64,000 bases of DNA from Marsupella aquatica (Eukaryota; Plantae; Marchantiophyta). The notes beneath the pieces are model-generated. The model saw only the letters and a list, made by a program, of their open reading frames with translations. It was not told the origin of the DNA and did no database searches. The stretch covers positions 23,163,455 through 23,227,454 of the forward strand of contig OZ316897.1 in NCBI GenBank assembly GCA_973895155.1. Direction: 5' to 3'. Within the stretch, counting starts at the first letter, position 1; each line of letters begins with the position of its first letter. Shown here piece by piece: positions 26,600 to 39,990 of the stretch. A program made the position numbers and the translations under genes.

Positions 26600-29159
26600 A
26601 GGGAGACCCTTAGGATGTGGGCACATGCACACCCTCAACCGTTACACATTATGTCACCCCCAAAATTGCCCACATTACTAAGTAGCCCCTTTTTATAAAC
26701 CACTATTATGATTCTTGGGCATAAAATACCAAAATAGTTAGAATGTGCAACAGATTAGTACAAGGGAGACCTTAGTGATTGAAGACATATTTGGGGTATC
26801 TTAATTTTGTATATGGCATGATACATAAAACTGATGACCCTAAACCCCTGGCCTGTTATTGACATCATTATGCATGTAAAACCTAAAAAATACAAACATA
26901 TGCATGGCTATATATAATAGAGACTATAAGTTCCGCCTTACACCTTGTATATACCTGGCCTACACATCATAGTTTTGTTGGGAATCTTCAATGACCCATC
27001 AAATGACATTTGTCATGATAGGTGCAACAGTCAAATCACCTAGCACTCCCAAGTAATATTATTGTCCCCTTAAATGAGCCCACAAGTGAATATTAAATGA
27101 CGACGTCCATGGTCATTAGCAAAAAAGACATCTAGTGGCACATAGCAAATTTGACAAAAGTTCAATCATGGGCACTCCACAAATGACGGCTCGGGGTTGA
27201 CAAGTACCCTATCCCGAACCGCGGGCTTAATGGTGGGGCCCTATGACCAATATGGCCAATCATCCGCCTGAGCCCCCAACAAGTCATATTGTCAATGGCA
27301 TGCCTGACTACCGCCATCAATGACTTATTTTTGTGTCATATGCTTAAATGACATCCCTCGGCACTTCACAAATGACTCTAAATCCCTTCCAAATGACCAA
27401 ATGAGAATGATTTGCACCCGTTTGGGCAAATGACTCCAAAATCATACAACTTGGGAGTGTTTTGCCCAAAGTTGGGTGATGCCTTTCCAAGGTGCAAAAC
27501 TTGGGTCATGGAAATTATTGCGGGGCCAAATTGACATAACTAGTGGCACAGGGTTCAAGAGTACCCTATCCCGCACCATGTGGAGTGGGTAGCATCCCTA
27601 ATGGCAAGCTATGATCATGGATATCAAGAAACAGCCCCTAGACCCTCCAAAGAGTCATATTGTCCATGGCATGCTTGACTGCTGCGTTGACATCATGAAT
27701 GACTCATATTTCTGTCATTTGCATGAATGACGTCTCTTGGCACTCTCCAAATGACAAAACCCTTTAGTCATGCACAATAATGACTCAAGATCCCTTGCAA
27801 ATGACCAAATGAGAATGATTTGCACCCGGTTGGGCAAATGACTCCAAAGTCATACAACTTTGGGAGTGTTTTGCCCAAAGTTGGGTGATGCCCTTCCAAG
27901 GTGCAAAGCTTGGGTCATGAAAATTATTGCGGGGCCAAATTGGCATAACTAGTGGCCGCATAGGGTTCAAGAGTACCCCATCCCGCACCATGTGGAGTGG
28001 GTAGCATCCCTAATGGCCGGTTACGATCACATATATCGAGAAACAGCCCCTAGAGGCCCCAATGAGTCATATTGTCCATGGCATGCGTGACTGCAACATT
28101 GACATCATGAATGACTCATATTTCTGTCATTTGCATGAATGACGTCTCTTGGCACTCTCCAAATGACAAAACCCTTTAGTCATGCACAATAATGACTCAA
28201 GATCCCTTGCAAATGACCAAATGAGAATGATTTGCACCCGTTTGGGCAAATGATTCCAAAGTCATACAACTTGGGAGTGTTTTGCCCAAAGTTGGGTGAT
28301 GCCCTTCCAAGGTGCAAAACTTGGGTCATGGACATTATTGCGGGGCCAAATTGGCATAACTAGTGGCACAGGGTTCAAGAGTACCCCATCCCGCACCATG
28401 TGGAGTGGGTAGCATCCCTAATGGAAAACTAGGATCACGGATATTGTGAATATTAAGCCCTTAGAGGCTCCAAAGAGTCATATTGTCCATGGCATACTTG
28501 ACTGCCGCATTGACATCATCAATGACTTATTTTTATGTCATTTGCTTTGTGTCAATCCCAAACATATTTATTACAGATTATCAAGCCTTTTAAGTTGTAC
28601 ATCAATTCAATGACGAGACTCACAACAAAAGAAGGTTTGTTAGGTCTCAAAATTTATTTCAAATCTAATATGTGAGTGCCACTAGTCTTTATATATACTA
28701 CCATGCATTTTGGATGGCTAATTAAACCCTAAAACATATACTAAACCATAAACCTCAAAATAGTCATATGTCGTTTATCATGTCATTTATTTTTTGGTTT
28801 AAATGACTAGTAACATTTTTAAACACTAATATTTGTATATTTGATTTAGTCATTAGTCGCCGTCATCTGAAATGACCTCACACATGTAAAACACTGATAT
28901 GACCGAGTTTTGTCAATTGTGTCATTCACAAAGACTGTCCAAAATGACTACAACTCATGATTGTTGTCATGATGATAGTAGTCAAAGTCTTGGCTCATTG
29001 GTTTAAATGACACTAATGCAATTATTAGCCATTTTTTGCACCCGGTCATTTTAGATAGTCATTTAAATGTCATTTATGTTATGTCATTGACATATTTTGT
29101 CATTTGGGCACATAAGTCATATGTGTCATAGTCATAAAAGGCCCCATTTTCTACTAGTG
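26600..29159. mobile_element. CACTA (En/Spm) element end with subterminal repeats; left boundary uncertain
   Basis: Terminus TTTTCTACTAGTG at 29147-29159 (reverse complement CACTAGTAGAAAA); dense AAATGAC/GTCATTT motifs in both orientations. Confidence 0.7.
27370..28545. repeat. ~410-bp tandem repeat, ~3 copies, inside the CACTA remnant
   Basis: CAAATGACCAAATGAGAATGATTTGCACCCG recurs at ~27390, ~27797 and ~28210. Confidence 0.9.
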
Positions 29160-30650
29160 AATTAGCTCTACTCAAGTTAGATAGGATAGTTAGGTTAGCC
29201 AAACTTGGGTTAGCTATGTAACTTGGGTTAGCACAACAATGAGTACCCCCACTCGGTTGTGGGGGCATAACTTTTTGTATTTGACCAAATGGCTATAATT
29301 GACCTTGTTGGAAAGAGGAGCTCAACCCGCTTCCAATGCTGCTATCCATGCAGCAAATGGTTGGATAGAGAAATCGGAAGAGGAGGCGCAAGCTCGCAAA
29401 AACTATGGAGGAGGGCCAAATCCAAAGTACACAGCCAATTCAAGATAGAAATAAAGCTGCAAGTTAGGGTTCTCTAGTTAAAGATAGTGGCGGCTTTGTT
29501 AGGGCTAGGATGGGGCTCCAACAACGTAGCATCCACCCATTTGAGCTCAATGTGAGAGTATATCTATAGCAGCCCCCCCCCCCCGTAGAGGCAAGGGGGA
29601 GACTTCAGTTGTGTGATCTCACATAGACTGAGCAACAGGGAGGAGCTCTGTGCAAGGAAGGCTAGGCTTGAAAGCTGTGTGTTGGGGAGAGCTTGGTGTG
29701 CTATTACTCAGGGAGTAATCAGTCACGCTTCACAACAATAATTGGCCAGGTTTGCAAGTTGGATTGTGGCTCTTTCTAGTACGCAACACAAGTGGGTTCT
29801 TTTCCCTGATACAAAGCCTTGGTGATAGGTGATGTGTTGGTGATTGTAAACTGTGGGGAGGATTTCAATTCAATTTGTGGTGAGCACATTAGGGAGGCTG
29901 AGACACTAATTGAGGGGCAACAGGAGGAGCATTTACAGTTCAGTCTAGCAAGGCTACGTGATCCATGGGGAGTCCAGGCCTTTTTTTGGTAGAGAGCACT
30001 AAGGGATTTATGGCCAGAGCTGAGCTTGCAGGGCAAGCATGAGGCCGGGCCTCATTGCAATTTGGGGTAGATTGCCGTTAGGCCTGGTACCAGCTTTGAA
30101 GTTAGGTCAACTGTGCATATGTAACTTGACATTCTGAAATGGGGGTGTGAGATCTGTATGTGCCCCCAAGAATGAAGCGTAGTGAAGGAGTTGAGTTCAA
30201 GATTGAGTTTACAAGGCAAGTACGGGATTGGTTTGAGTCCAATCTGCTGTCGCAATCTGGAGTGAGTCGGGCTCAAGTTTAGGATTGAGCTTGCATGGCA
30301 AGCACGGGGCTTGCGGGGCAAGCACGTCGCAATCTGGAGTAGACAGCCTTTGGGCCTATTTTTTGGATCGACTGTTCTCAATGAACTATTGTGTACATCT
30401 TTGAATCTAATTGAGTTTTCCTCTCACGCCTCATTTCTCTCATTTCTCTCATGGATGTGTGTGTGTGAGGCAATTTGAGTGTATGATGGGACTAGCATCA
30501 CCACTGAGAGATGTACCGGGTGCATTGAAGTGGGATGAGTGAGGGCTGTCATAGCTCTGATTGCTGAGAGTGGAATGGCAGAGTGGTGGGGCAATGGCTT
30601 AAAAGTCCCTAAGCCATGAATGAGTCAGGAGTCACTAGTTTATGGGTACA
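29160..30650 (+). mobile_element. LTR-like repeat (family C), inverted paralog of 50736-52215, truncated by the CACTA end
   Basis: Reverse complement aligns continuously with 50736-52215; the ORF-track peptides of both copies are near-identical. Confidence 0.75.
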
Positions 30651-33115
30651 TTCCGGCGGCAAAATAGAAACATACCTAGGGCAGTAAGCATACAATCATA
30701 TAGACATAATTATGTGCATCGTAGTGCTAGGCCCTGTGTGTACGGGCCCTATATGAAGACCCCTTCTCACTAGAACTGTCATGAGCATAGGATCTGATTC
30801 CCAACCTTGGTTCCTAGGGATTGAGCTTGGGTGATGTGTGATAGAGTTTTGCTATGATAGTCTGGTGTTAAGGGCATAAACTTTAGTGTTTACCAGCCTT
30901 CATAGCATCCCTTCGTGATCCTCAGGTACAAGGAGATGGTTTTGGCACCCAATAGTGACATTTTGGTGTTAAGACCCATGTCAATCACTTGACACTAGTG
31001 CTCATGCTTGGGCCCTCACATCTCATCGCCATCCCGGGCCCCCGATCGGCCAAACCCGGATTGAGCCATAACTAGCGCCCCAAGCGTCCGTTGCCCATGG
31101 CGTGAACTCCATTGGCCTTGGGCCCAAGAGGAGCTCTCACTCAAGCTCTCAAAACTCAAAGTTTGTCCGGGGTCTGGACGGTTGACCTTGAGCCCGACCC
31201 CTTTCCCCTTGACCCAATCAGCCCTCAACTAGTCTAAGTCCTTAGTATGTCACTAGCTTAGCGCCTTGCCTTTGTCAGTGCCACGCCCCATTGCCCATAA
31301 GTCTTCACATGCTAAGTCCTCTCCGAATGGCCTATCTGAACCTGGACCATAGGGGAGCTTGGCATCGAAGTCAGCGATGCTGGAGCTAAGTGTTAAGGTA
31401 GTTGAGTTTTGTGACTCAATCTCAAAGACCCTCGCCGACATGGGATGACGTACAGTGGAGTAATGATGATGAAGCGCTTGTACAGTCCCCAAAACTAATC
31501 AATATGGTCAAAACGGTCTATGTCTGTTAGAGGTCAAATCACCATAAACTCATTTGTGTTGGCCAAACTTGGAGTGTGTCTGAATAGACATGTAGTCGTT
31601 ATTATGAGGGTTGAGTTGAATATGGTAGGATACCAATGATTGCTGAATTGTTAGCAGCAATGTTGATGATCGTCTCAACTATTGCAGGTCAACTCAACAC
31701 GGACTCGATAGTGTTGACGGGATGTGACATGCATGTGAATAGACATGTACTCGTTATACAACAATTTGCTTTCATGCCCGATCCCCATTTGTACATATTT
31801 GGTGTGATATACGAGTGGGCCTTGGGTATATGAAGTATATGAAGATGACCGCGTTACATGATAATGAAGCTCCTCAGCTCTTGATAGAGAAGAAGAAACA
31901 AGGTCATCCCAGGAAACTTCCTATTGCAATGGCTACCACACTGCTTGACGATGATGGTGAAGCTCCTCGTTTCATTGTTGAGATCTCCAGGTAATGGCAA
32001 GGTTGTTGGTGGTGCAAACAGAATCTCAGAGAAGTTAAAGATGCACGCAGATGATGCTGCTAAGTTCCGCGGTTGTGATAACACAACCAACCACAAGGAC
32101 TCGCCCAGTGCCGAGTGTGCGAAATGTGCTGATGTTGACTCTGGGTTTGCTAAGGAGTTGCTGCAGAGTTTGGATAAGGAGATCGCGGAGGCTAAGTCAG
32201 ACTTTCATAAGCTTATGAGCCTCCATGTAGATGTGCAGGCTAGGCTGTGGGAGATGACTGACGACGTCCAGAATCTATGGATATAAATTATTGACCTCCT
32301 CTTATCAAGAGCTGAATTGGAGGCGTCCACTAGAGTGAATGTGCAAAAATGAGCACACATTTACTTGTAGGAAATAGGGAATAGCGGAACATTGCAACTT
32401 AGAAGGTTAGACACATTTTGTGGTTTTGAGCAGACAACTTAGTTTTGAGCAGACAACTTAGTGAAGTCAGCGGCCCTTGTTGAGAGCTTTTCCCAACACA
32501 GAATAGCCAAGAGTAGCGTCTAACCCGCCAAGGAATGACAATGTATGAAGTTTCCAAAACATTTCTAGTAAAGATCAAGTCGGCGACCTCGCTGACATTC
32601 TTTTTTGGTCGCATTAAAGTGTACGGAAATGACATATAAGGTCCACAAGAACGAATTTATGATGTTGGCGAGTTTGCCGACATATCCTTGCCAATGTCAG
32701 CGACCTCGCCCACATCGCCTCACTGTGGACCCTTCACTTATATCAGTTATCAGTCACTAATAACTGATGATGTTACCTATATATCTCAATCTTGGAGGTG
32801 GGCCATTCGGATCGCCACTCACCTAGCCAACCAGGCTTGGGTGACTGTTCTAGTAGCCCGTGAGGCAACGTAGGCAACAATTGTTTTAGTACCCTGTGAG
32901 GCAACGTAGACTGAGTAGATGATAGAGTATTGGACATTGGGGCTATGCAGTTAAGCCAGGACAATTTACAGATACTCTCTTAGGCGCTCACACTACACAT
33001 ACATTCTTATTATTCATTTAGGCTCCCATGAGTCATTCAATTGTAATTTTGATTTACTGATGTTAATAACGTTTCATCCCCACCGTAGGATTTCTCCTTT
33101 TGAATTCTTTCAATT

Positions 33116-33260
33116 TCAAAATTTGCCAGCTGGATTTCATAAACTGACTGGTGTACAAATACTCTCCAAATACAGTGTAAATTTTTTCATTTTCAAAATT
33201 TGCCAGCTGGATTTCATAAACTGATGGTGTACAAATACTCTCCAAATACAGTGTAAATTT
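33116..33260. repeat. ~75-bp direct tandem duplication
   Basis: CAAAATTTGCCAGCTGGATTTCATAAACTGA..GTACAAATACTCTCCAAATACAGTGTAAATTT occurs twice. Confidence 0.9.
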
Positions 33261-35240
33261 ATGAAATATAAATTCACCTACGTGGCAAGATCTGAGAGGC
33301 CAAGCATGATAAAAATCTCCCCACAACACTTAAAGGGTTCCTTTGTATTCTCGTTTTGTATTCTCATGGTGAATACAAAACATAGCAGGCCTCTGGAAAG
33401 ACTATATCAATTTCCTTCACATTATGGTTCCTTTGTAATTTCATGGCGGACAGGTCTTTTTTGGACACTACTGGTAGAAAGGCTTTCCATGCGCCAGGCC
33501 TCACCAAAGGCTATATAAACCTCAGACAGTACAGATTTTTCCAGACTCCCCGGCAGACCTGGACCTTTCCCCTCCAACTCAACGTCATTAGTACATCATC
33601 AACCTCTTGTGCAGACTTTTCAGCATAGCAAGGAAGAGTGAAGGCCTTCTCTAGAGTCACCACTAAAGATTCCTACTGAAATCTCTCCTCAGAAAATCCA
33701 GCCACCCTCCTATCAGTGTAGCAATCACCAGCATCAGATTAAGAAGGCTTGCCCGAAAACTATAGAAAGAAATTAAAAACACCAAAATGGGAGTCCCACG
33801 TCAAGAGAGGCCAAGTACTTCATTCCAGGTCAAATTCATCCCTGTCGTTTGAAGATCCGGCGGCACTTCCACCAACAAATGAAAACTCATAATCTGACCC
33901 GACCTCTTGGTTATCTTCCTTCTTCTGGTCGGGGATCATTTTCGAATTTCTCGAGTGCCTCTCCAGAACGCTAATCAAACTTTTTTGGGCACAACTATGC
34001 AGGATATCCCCATTCTCTAGACTGATATAAGCAGACTATATGTTAGCAAGCACTTGTGGGTGGAAGAATTGGGGTGATTCAACTAAAAAGTTTGCTCGCA
34101 CGAGGATTTTTTTGATTGTTTCCTCACGCGCTACTATGACCATAGTGAAGGCAGAATGATGTTGGCGAGCCTGAAGGTTGCTAGGTCAGTTCAGTGGTGT
34201 CCTTCCACCAGACTTCTTCAACAGCATTCTCACCCAAGCAAATTCAAACCAAAAGGAAGAGAGAGCAGATTAATCTCTCTCAAGTCCTTCTAGAGATGAA
34301 TCTATTTTCTTGAAGTCGGTATCGGCCCAGCAGAAGTAACAGAACATGCTAATCCACTACTCCTTTGCAGAACTATGCTCTCTTCTGCGTTCACGTGGCA
34401 CTCTTTATGAGCTTTCGGAATTCAATCATACCACCAACGTAGCTAAGTTTCGACTGCAAATACGGTCCACGTTCCTGCCTTGTCCGATAGTCCTTGAGGA
34501 TAGCAGTGTACAAAGCATCATTCCCATTCTCGCGTAATTTGAGAACTTAAACCCGGAGTAGTTAAAAAGCATTTAAGCACGTTTCACGACCTTATCTACG
34601 AATCTGCGAAGCTCAGACAGTTGAGTTGCAAATGGATATGGTTTTTGGTTGAATTCAGACTGTCAACTCGCTTTGAAGCAGAAGAACACGGCCCCCTTAC
34701 TAGATTAGAAATGTCTAACCTTCAAACCTACATCATTAAGCTGTATAGAATCTGGAATCTGGGAGCGAAAGGCTTCCTCTGCAAGTCAATGAACTCTAGA
34801 ACTGATTGCTTAAGGTTCTATCCTGGTGGAGGTTGCCATCGGCGAATTTTATCTTTATGCCCTTCATTTTACCGTCTCCTGGCAGCAAAGCGAGTTCCCT
34901 TCCTGTGCCATGTTCACGGTAAGGTAGCTACTGTATGCAAACCCTTCTTCTAGTCTAAAGACAAGATTTGCCAAGATATCAAAAGAACTTTCTACAGATC
35001 AAGCCAAGAGCTTTATGTCACGCATCTATGATTTCAACTTCAAAACTAAACTCGCGAAACATTTCTCTTGCATGAAATTTTCTTTCAGCCAGAAGAGGGC
35101 TACTTACAACCCAAAGTTGCAGAATCTCAAAATCAATGTTACAGGATTGCAGCAACGAAAACCTGATTGTATCTGCGCTGCCAGTGAGTACTGCTTTAGA
35201 ATCACTTTCCAGCCAGCCCAACACAGCTTTCAATCTGGGT

Positions 35241-37817
35241 TCACCAGTAATCACCACAAGAACACATTCCATCTCTAAAATGGTGGAACCGATTTGCATC
35301 CCTCGCAATAATCTCGCGTCCGGTCACCTTAGAAATATACTTGGTTGCTGAGTGGCAATCCGAACACACCCGAAGGTTCTTACTTACACGAATTGGTTCT
35401 CCCCAAGGTAGGTGCATAAGTCCGTAAACAATAGCCAACTTCTCACTATGAGAGCAAAGAGCTAGCTCTTTATCCTCCTCATTGATATCATGCAACACAA
35501 GCCGGGTATCGGGAATGTAGCCTCCAGCCTTAAGTTTTTCACTCAATTTATTCAGCTCAGTATATATCACCTTCGCTTCTGGGTGAGATGTATCCCCCAC
35601 AACAAATTCATGAATCTTGTTATCAACTTCAATCCAGCTACGCCCTGGCTCCTTCCGAACACCTCTCTCTTGCATCATAGTCCGCACAGATGACACCTTC
35701 TCCCACTTCCCAGCCGCAGCATAGATATTGGAGAGCAGCACATATGTAGAGGCCTTACTGGGTTCCAACTTGAAAAGCTCGTTAGCGGCCAGTTCGCCCA
35801 GCTCCACATTACCGTAAGTTCTACAAGCCCCAAGCAAGGCTGTCCAAGTTACATAATCTGGTTCGATCGGCATCTCACTGATGAGCTGCTTTGCTTCTTC
35901 CACGTGTCCCGCCCGCCCAAGAATATCCACCATGAGGGTATAGTGAAAAACAGTACGCTCGATACCATAATCTTGCGTCATGGCAGAAAAGATTCTACGG
36001 CCATCATCAACAAGGCCTCCATGAGAACAGGCTGACAACACAGCTGTGAATGACGTCTCGATGGGCTTCACATGGTCTGCATTCATTTGTCTGAAAAGTT
36101 CCAGGGCTTCCTGCCCATATCCGTGTTGTGCAAGTCCACCGATCATTATGTTCCATGTGACTACATCGCGTTTCTCCATTCTGTTAAAAACAAGTCTGGC
36201 GTCAGCTATACTGCCACTCTCTGCATACATGTGAACCAGTGCACTGCCCACACGCAAATCTGAGTCCAGTCCCGCTTTGCTAGCATGGCCATGAACCTCC
36301 TTCACCCACTCTAAAGACCCCGCACCTGCATTCAGAATACTCGCATAAGTGAATGCATCTGGTTCAAAGCCTTCCCGTCTCATTTGGATAAACAAGCGAT
36401 ATGCTTCATGCCCACATCCATGTTGTGCAAGTCCTCCTATCATTACATTCCATGTGACTACATCGCGTTTCTCCATTCTGTTAAACACCAGTCGGGCATC
36501 ATCTATACTCCCAGTCTTCGCATACATGTGAACGAGTGCAATGCCCACACGCAAATCTGAGTCCAGTCTCGCTTTGCTAGCATGGCCATGAATTTCCTTC
36601 ACCCATTCCAAAGCCCCCTCACTTGCAGATGCATTCAGGATGCTCACATAAGTGATTGTATTTGGTTCGAAGCCTTCACGTCTCATTTGTAGAAACAGGA
36701 GATACGCTTCCACACCATCACCACATTCTGCACATGCTCCAATCATAACATTCCATGTAATGACATTTCGATTTGTCAACTTTTCAAAAACTTTCCTTGC
36801 CTCGGTGATACAGCCACATTTTGCGTACATCAGTACGAGAGCAGTCCCTACACGCACGTCCGATTCAAAGCCGGCCTGTCGAATATGCTCATGAATTTCT
36901 TTTCCGCACCTTAGAGCTAACGGACTGGCACATCCTTTCAGGATGCTCAGATACGTGATCTCATTCGGCTGGACGCCTTCTTGGCGCATTAGATTGAAAA
37001 TTTCGAGTGCAGATTCAAAATGTTCACTCGTAGCGTACCCTGCAATCATGTTGGTCCAAGTAATAACACTCTTCTTCTGAATTTGATCAAAAACTCTACG
37101 TGCATCCGATAATCCTCCGCATTTGATATACACATTCAACAGCGTGATTACCACATATGAATTCTTATCACTCCCACTCTCGATGATGCAATCATGAATT
37201 TGCTTGGCTGCTGAAAGATCTTTCTGATGCAAGAGCATTTGCAGAAGTTTAACATAGGTGTACGGGTCTATAGCAATGCCTCGTTGCAAACGATCTTTCA
37301 AACCAGCAAGTGTTCCACTCGTTGTACCAGGAGCGTGCATATGCCTATTGCCGTTCCCTTCTGCAGTGACTTGAGACCGATCTCTCGTGCAATAACTAAC
37401 ATTAGATGGAAATCTGCAATGAGTAACCAAATTCGCCCTTGCCTTAACCCACGCTGGGGTTGACCAGCCATCCACCCAAAGTGCTAGTCTTGTCAACTTC
37501 TGATTGAACTCAGGTGCTCTGGGCTTCCTCTGTCAGCACCACAACCCACGATCAGATCTGCTACCAGGATAATATCCAGGAGATTCCACGAGGTGCAATG
37601 AATTTGTAGTTATTTCTTGACGACTATGTTTCCAGTGATCTTTCTACAATGAGTGTTCAGAAATGGATAGCAGACCGGTAAGCCTCTCGAGTTCTAGGGT
37701 GCATTCCTACCTCCGTCCAAAGATGTATTTTCTTGTCTCCCTTGCTCTGCTGTGATCTTTGGTACAGATAACTTGCAAAAGTTAAATGACTCCTTTCCAA
37801 CTGAGAGTAACGGCTAT
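35241..37817 (-). CDS. PLS-class PPR protein with E1/E2/DYW deaminase (organellar C-to-U editing factor). Main exon 37529-35241, in-frame upstream exon 37817-37711 (tentative); start unresolved
   Basis: 14 PPR motifs (L-S-P triplets ending P2-L2-S2), PG box KEPGRSWIE, HSEKLA, KNLRVCSDCH and C-terminal CSCGDYW*; intact frame. Confidence 0.95.
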
Positions 37818-39737
37818 CTGTCAAGAATGCAATGATCTTAGAATAGAATATTGAAATAATTGTGAAAGGCATATCCAGGTATCAGCAAGCTCGTTCCTTC
37901 TCCCGTATTTCACTGTACCCACAGAAAGGACAGAGTCAAGAGCCTATCGAATTGGTACTAAAATACTTCAGCCAGAAGTCACATGTTATCCTTGGGTTGT
38001 GTACAGGACACACTCTTAGGGCATCTTGAGAGGCGTTCATTTGTAAGTTGCCTACACTGTCCTTTCTGCGCTATACACAAACCAGAATCTCAGGTTTCTG
38101 AAAAGAGACTACTTAGAAATAAAGCCTAGCCATCATCTATAGAATCCATCGTGATTAGACACAAATGACATGAACGTGAAAGCGCTTCCCTCCCTCTCCT
38201 ACAATTCAGAAATAAAGGCTATCCATCATTCTTGAACTTGGCTCTTATACAATCCGTGAAGAGACACATACGACATGAATGTAACAGCCTCCCCTCCCCT
38301 GTGCTTCTTAACACGAAAAAGGAATCAACCTTGAAGTTCAACTCAAGTCTTGATCACATAAGCCTCATAGCAGAAAATTCCCGCAACTATAAATGTCACA
38401 CCGTGGTGCTGGAACAAGAGTTTCTGTTTAAAAGTAGGTACGCATAACGTTGAAATCGCTCTTCAGTCTCATTACCTGAAGGCCGTGTACAAGAACAATG
38501 GCGGATGCCAATACCAATCAAACCGGAAGATGAAGGATAAACTCTGCAAATCAAACGTCTTTGTTGAGAATGTATTTAAGGTCGTTTGGTCACATCAAAT
38601 CCAACAAAATGATATGCATACAAAATTAATCATACCTGGCTGAGGACTGTTGCCTAAAGCGGTCCATATCCAAAAGTTCCATCGAGTCAGCTCCGTTCCC
38701 GTGCCGGGAATACGGAGCTCAATGGTACAGTTTTGAGAAATACGATCTTACCTGTTTGACAAAGGTTCAAATCAGTCTAAGTAGTGCAATCTTGCAGAGT
38801 CCTCAAATTTCAAGTCTCATCTTTTCTTCCCATGGACTAAGGAAAGAATATTCATTACGCGAAGGCTCTGTTGGGGAAACCTTGCCCGGGCAGAGGAATC
38901 TCAGCTCAGCGTAACAGTTGGAGGAAGCCCTAGAAGCATAGCAGTAGCGGTATCTTCTCCAGGATCAATTCCTCCTGCTGGACTCTTTTACGAATCATCC
39001 CAGCTTTGCCATCAAAACTTGAGAATCAAAACTACAATTTTGAGAAGAAAAAGTATGAGAAGATCTTCCATCCAAACCCCAAAGCAACCCACCGTCATAC
39101 CTGCACATTGCCCTCTGAAAAACTATGGCGCGAGTGCTCTTGTTTATCGCCCTCCAAGAAAGAACCCTTTCCAATTGAAGTGTCCTGCATACCAAACGAA
39201 GAATTGACGACATTTCTTCAAAGAAGAACTTGTGAACAAGTGTTATGCAGACCGTGTAAGTAGCAAATTGGGCAGGCTCGACAATTCGTTCAGAACAACA
39301 AGTTGAAGCAAGTGGCAACAAAATTGATCTAGATTGTGACGGGAAATCAGGAGACGGGCAGCAGGAGACGTCATGCAAGAAATGAGCAGGACTTGAACCA
39401 GGATGGACAGTATCCCGGGCTGAAAAAGAGATTCTGTCCCGCTTCCTTGGGCGCTCAGAGGTGAGAAGTATAGTTGCCCAGCAATCTAAGGTCGAAACGC
39501 AGAAGAACATCCAGTATAGCTAGGGCCTTACTAGGAATTCTCTGCCCAAAGGACATGACGAGAGGCCGTGCAAAAGTGGTAACGCGAACCCAACAGGGAT
39601 CACTGGATTCGTCAGCATGTAGTTACGCACACCACTCGATACCAACTCCCCGAGAAGCAACTATAGCAATTCAGCAATCCGAAGCCACTACGACAAGTAA
39701 TTCTTAGCAGATTGTGAATTCTACAAGGATTGTTAGC
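37815..39737 (-). repeat. Duplicated 5' gene module, copy B, upstream of the PPR-DYW gene
   Basis: Aligns with 19121-21175; carries MSSILRLVCRTLQLERVLSWRAINKSTRAIVFQRAMC(R) ending at a CAG|GTATG donor near 39100. Confidence 0.9.
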
Positions 39738-39912
39738 TCATTAAATTAACAGCTGAACTACCATCCAATAATACATTCTTAATTTTGGTTTCTTTTATAT
39801 TTTGCAGCATAATTCATATTTGGCGACCTTCTACATGGTGGATTAAGGACTTCCTGGGTCGCCGAGTGTCATTTACTTTTCATCCCAAGTCATTCTTGGC
39901 GGGGTCTCCGAG

Positions 39913-39990
39913 ATTCTGAGTTGGATTCTCATTGACTTTTACCTAGAATCCATTCTGAGTTGGATTCTCATTGACTTTTACCTAGAATCC
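39913..39990. repeat. 39-bp perfect tandem duplication
   Basis: ATTCTGAGTTGGATTCTCATTGACTTTTACCTAGAATCC x2. Confidence 0.9.

Noticed and set aside
24246-26600. Possible host gene among short ORFs
   Set aside because: No recognisable domain or consistent exon chain.
30650-35000. Short ORFs (e.g. 31924-32286) and a CACTA-like string near 33465
   Set aside because: No convincing motifs or partner TIR; probably decayed TE and intergenic DNA.
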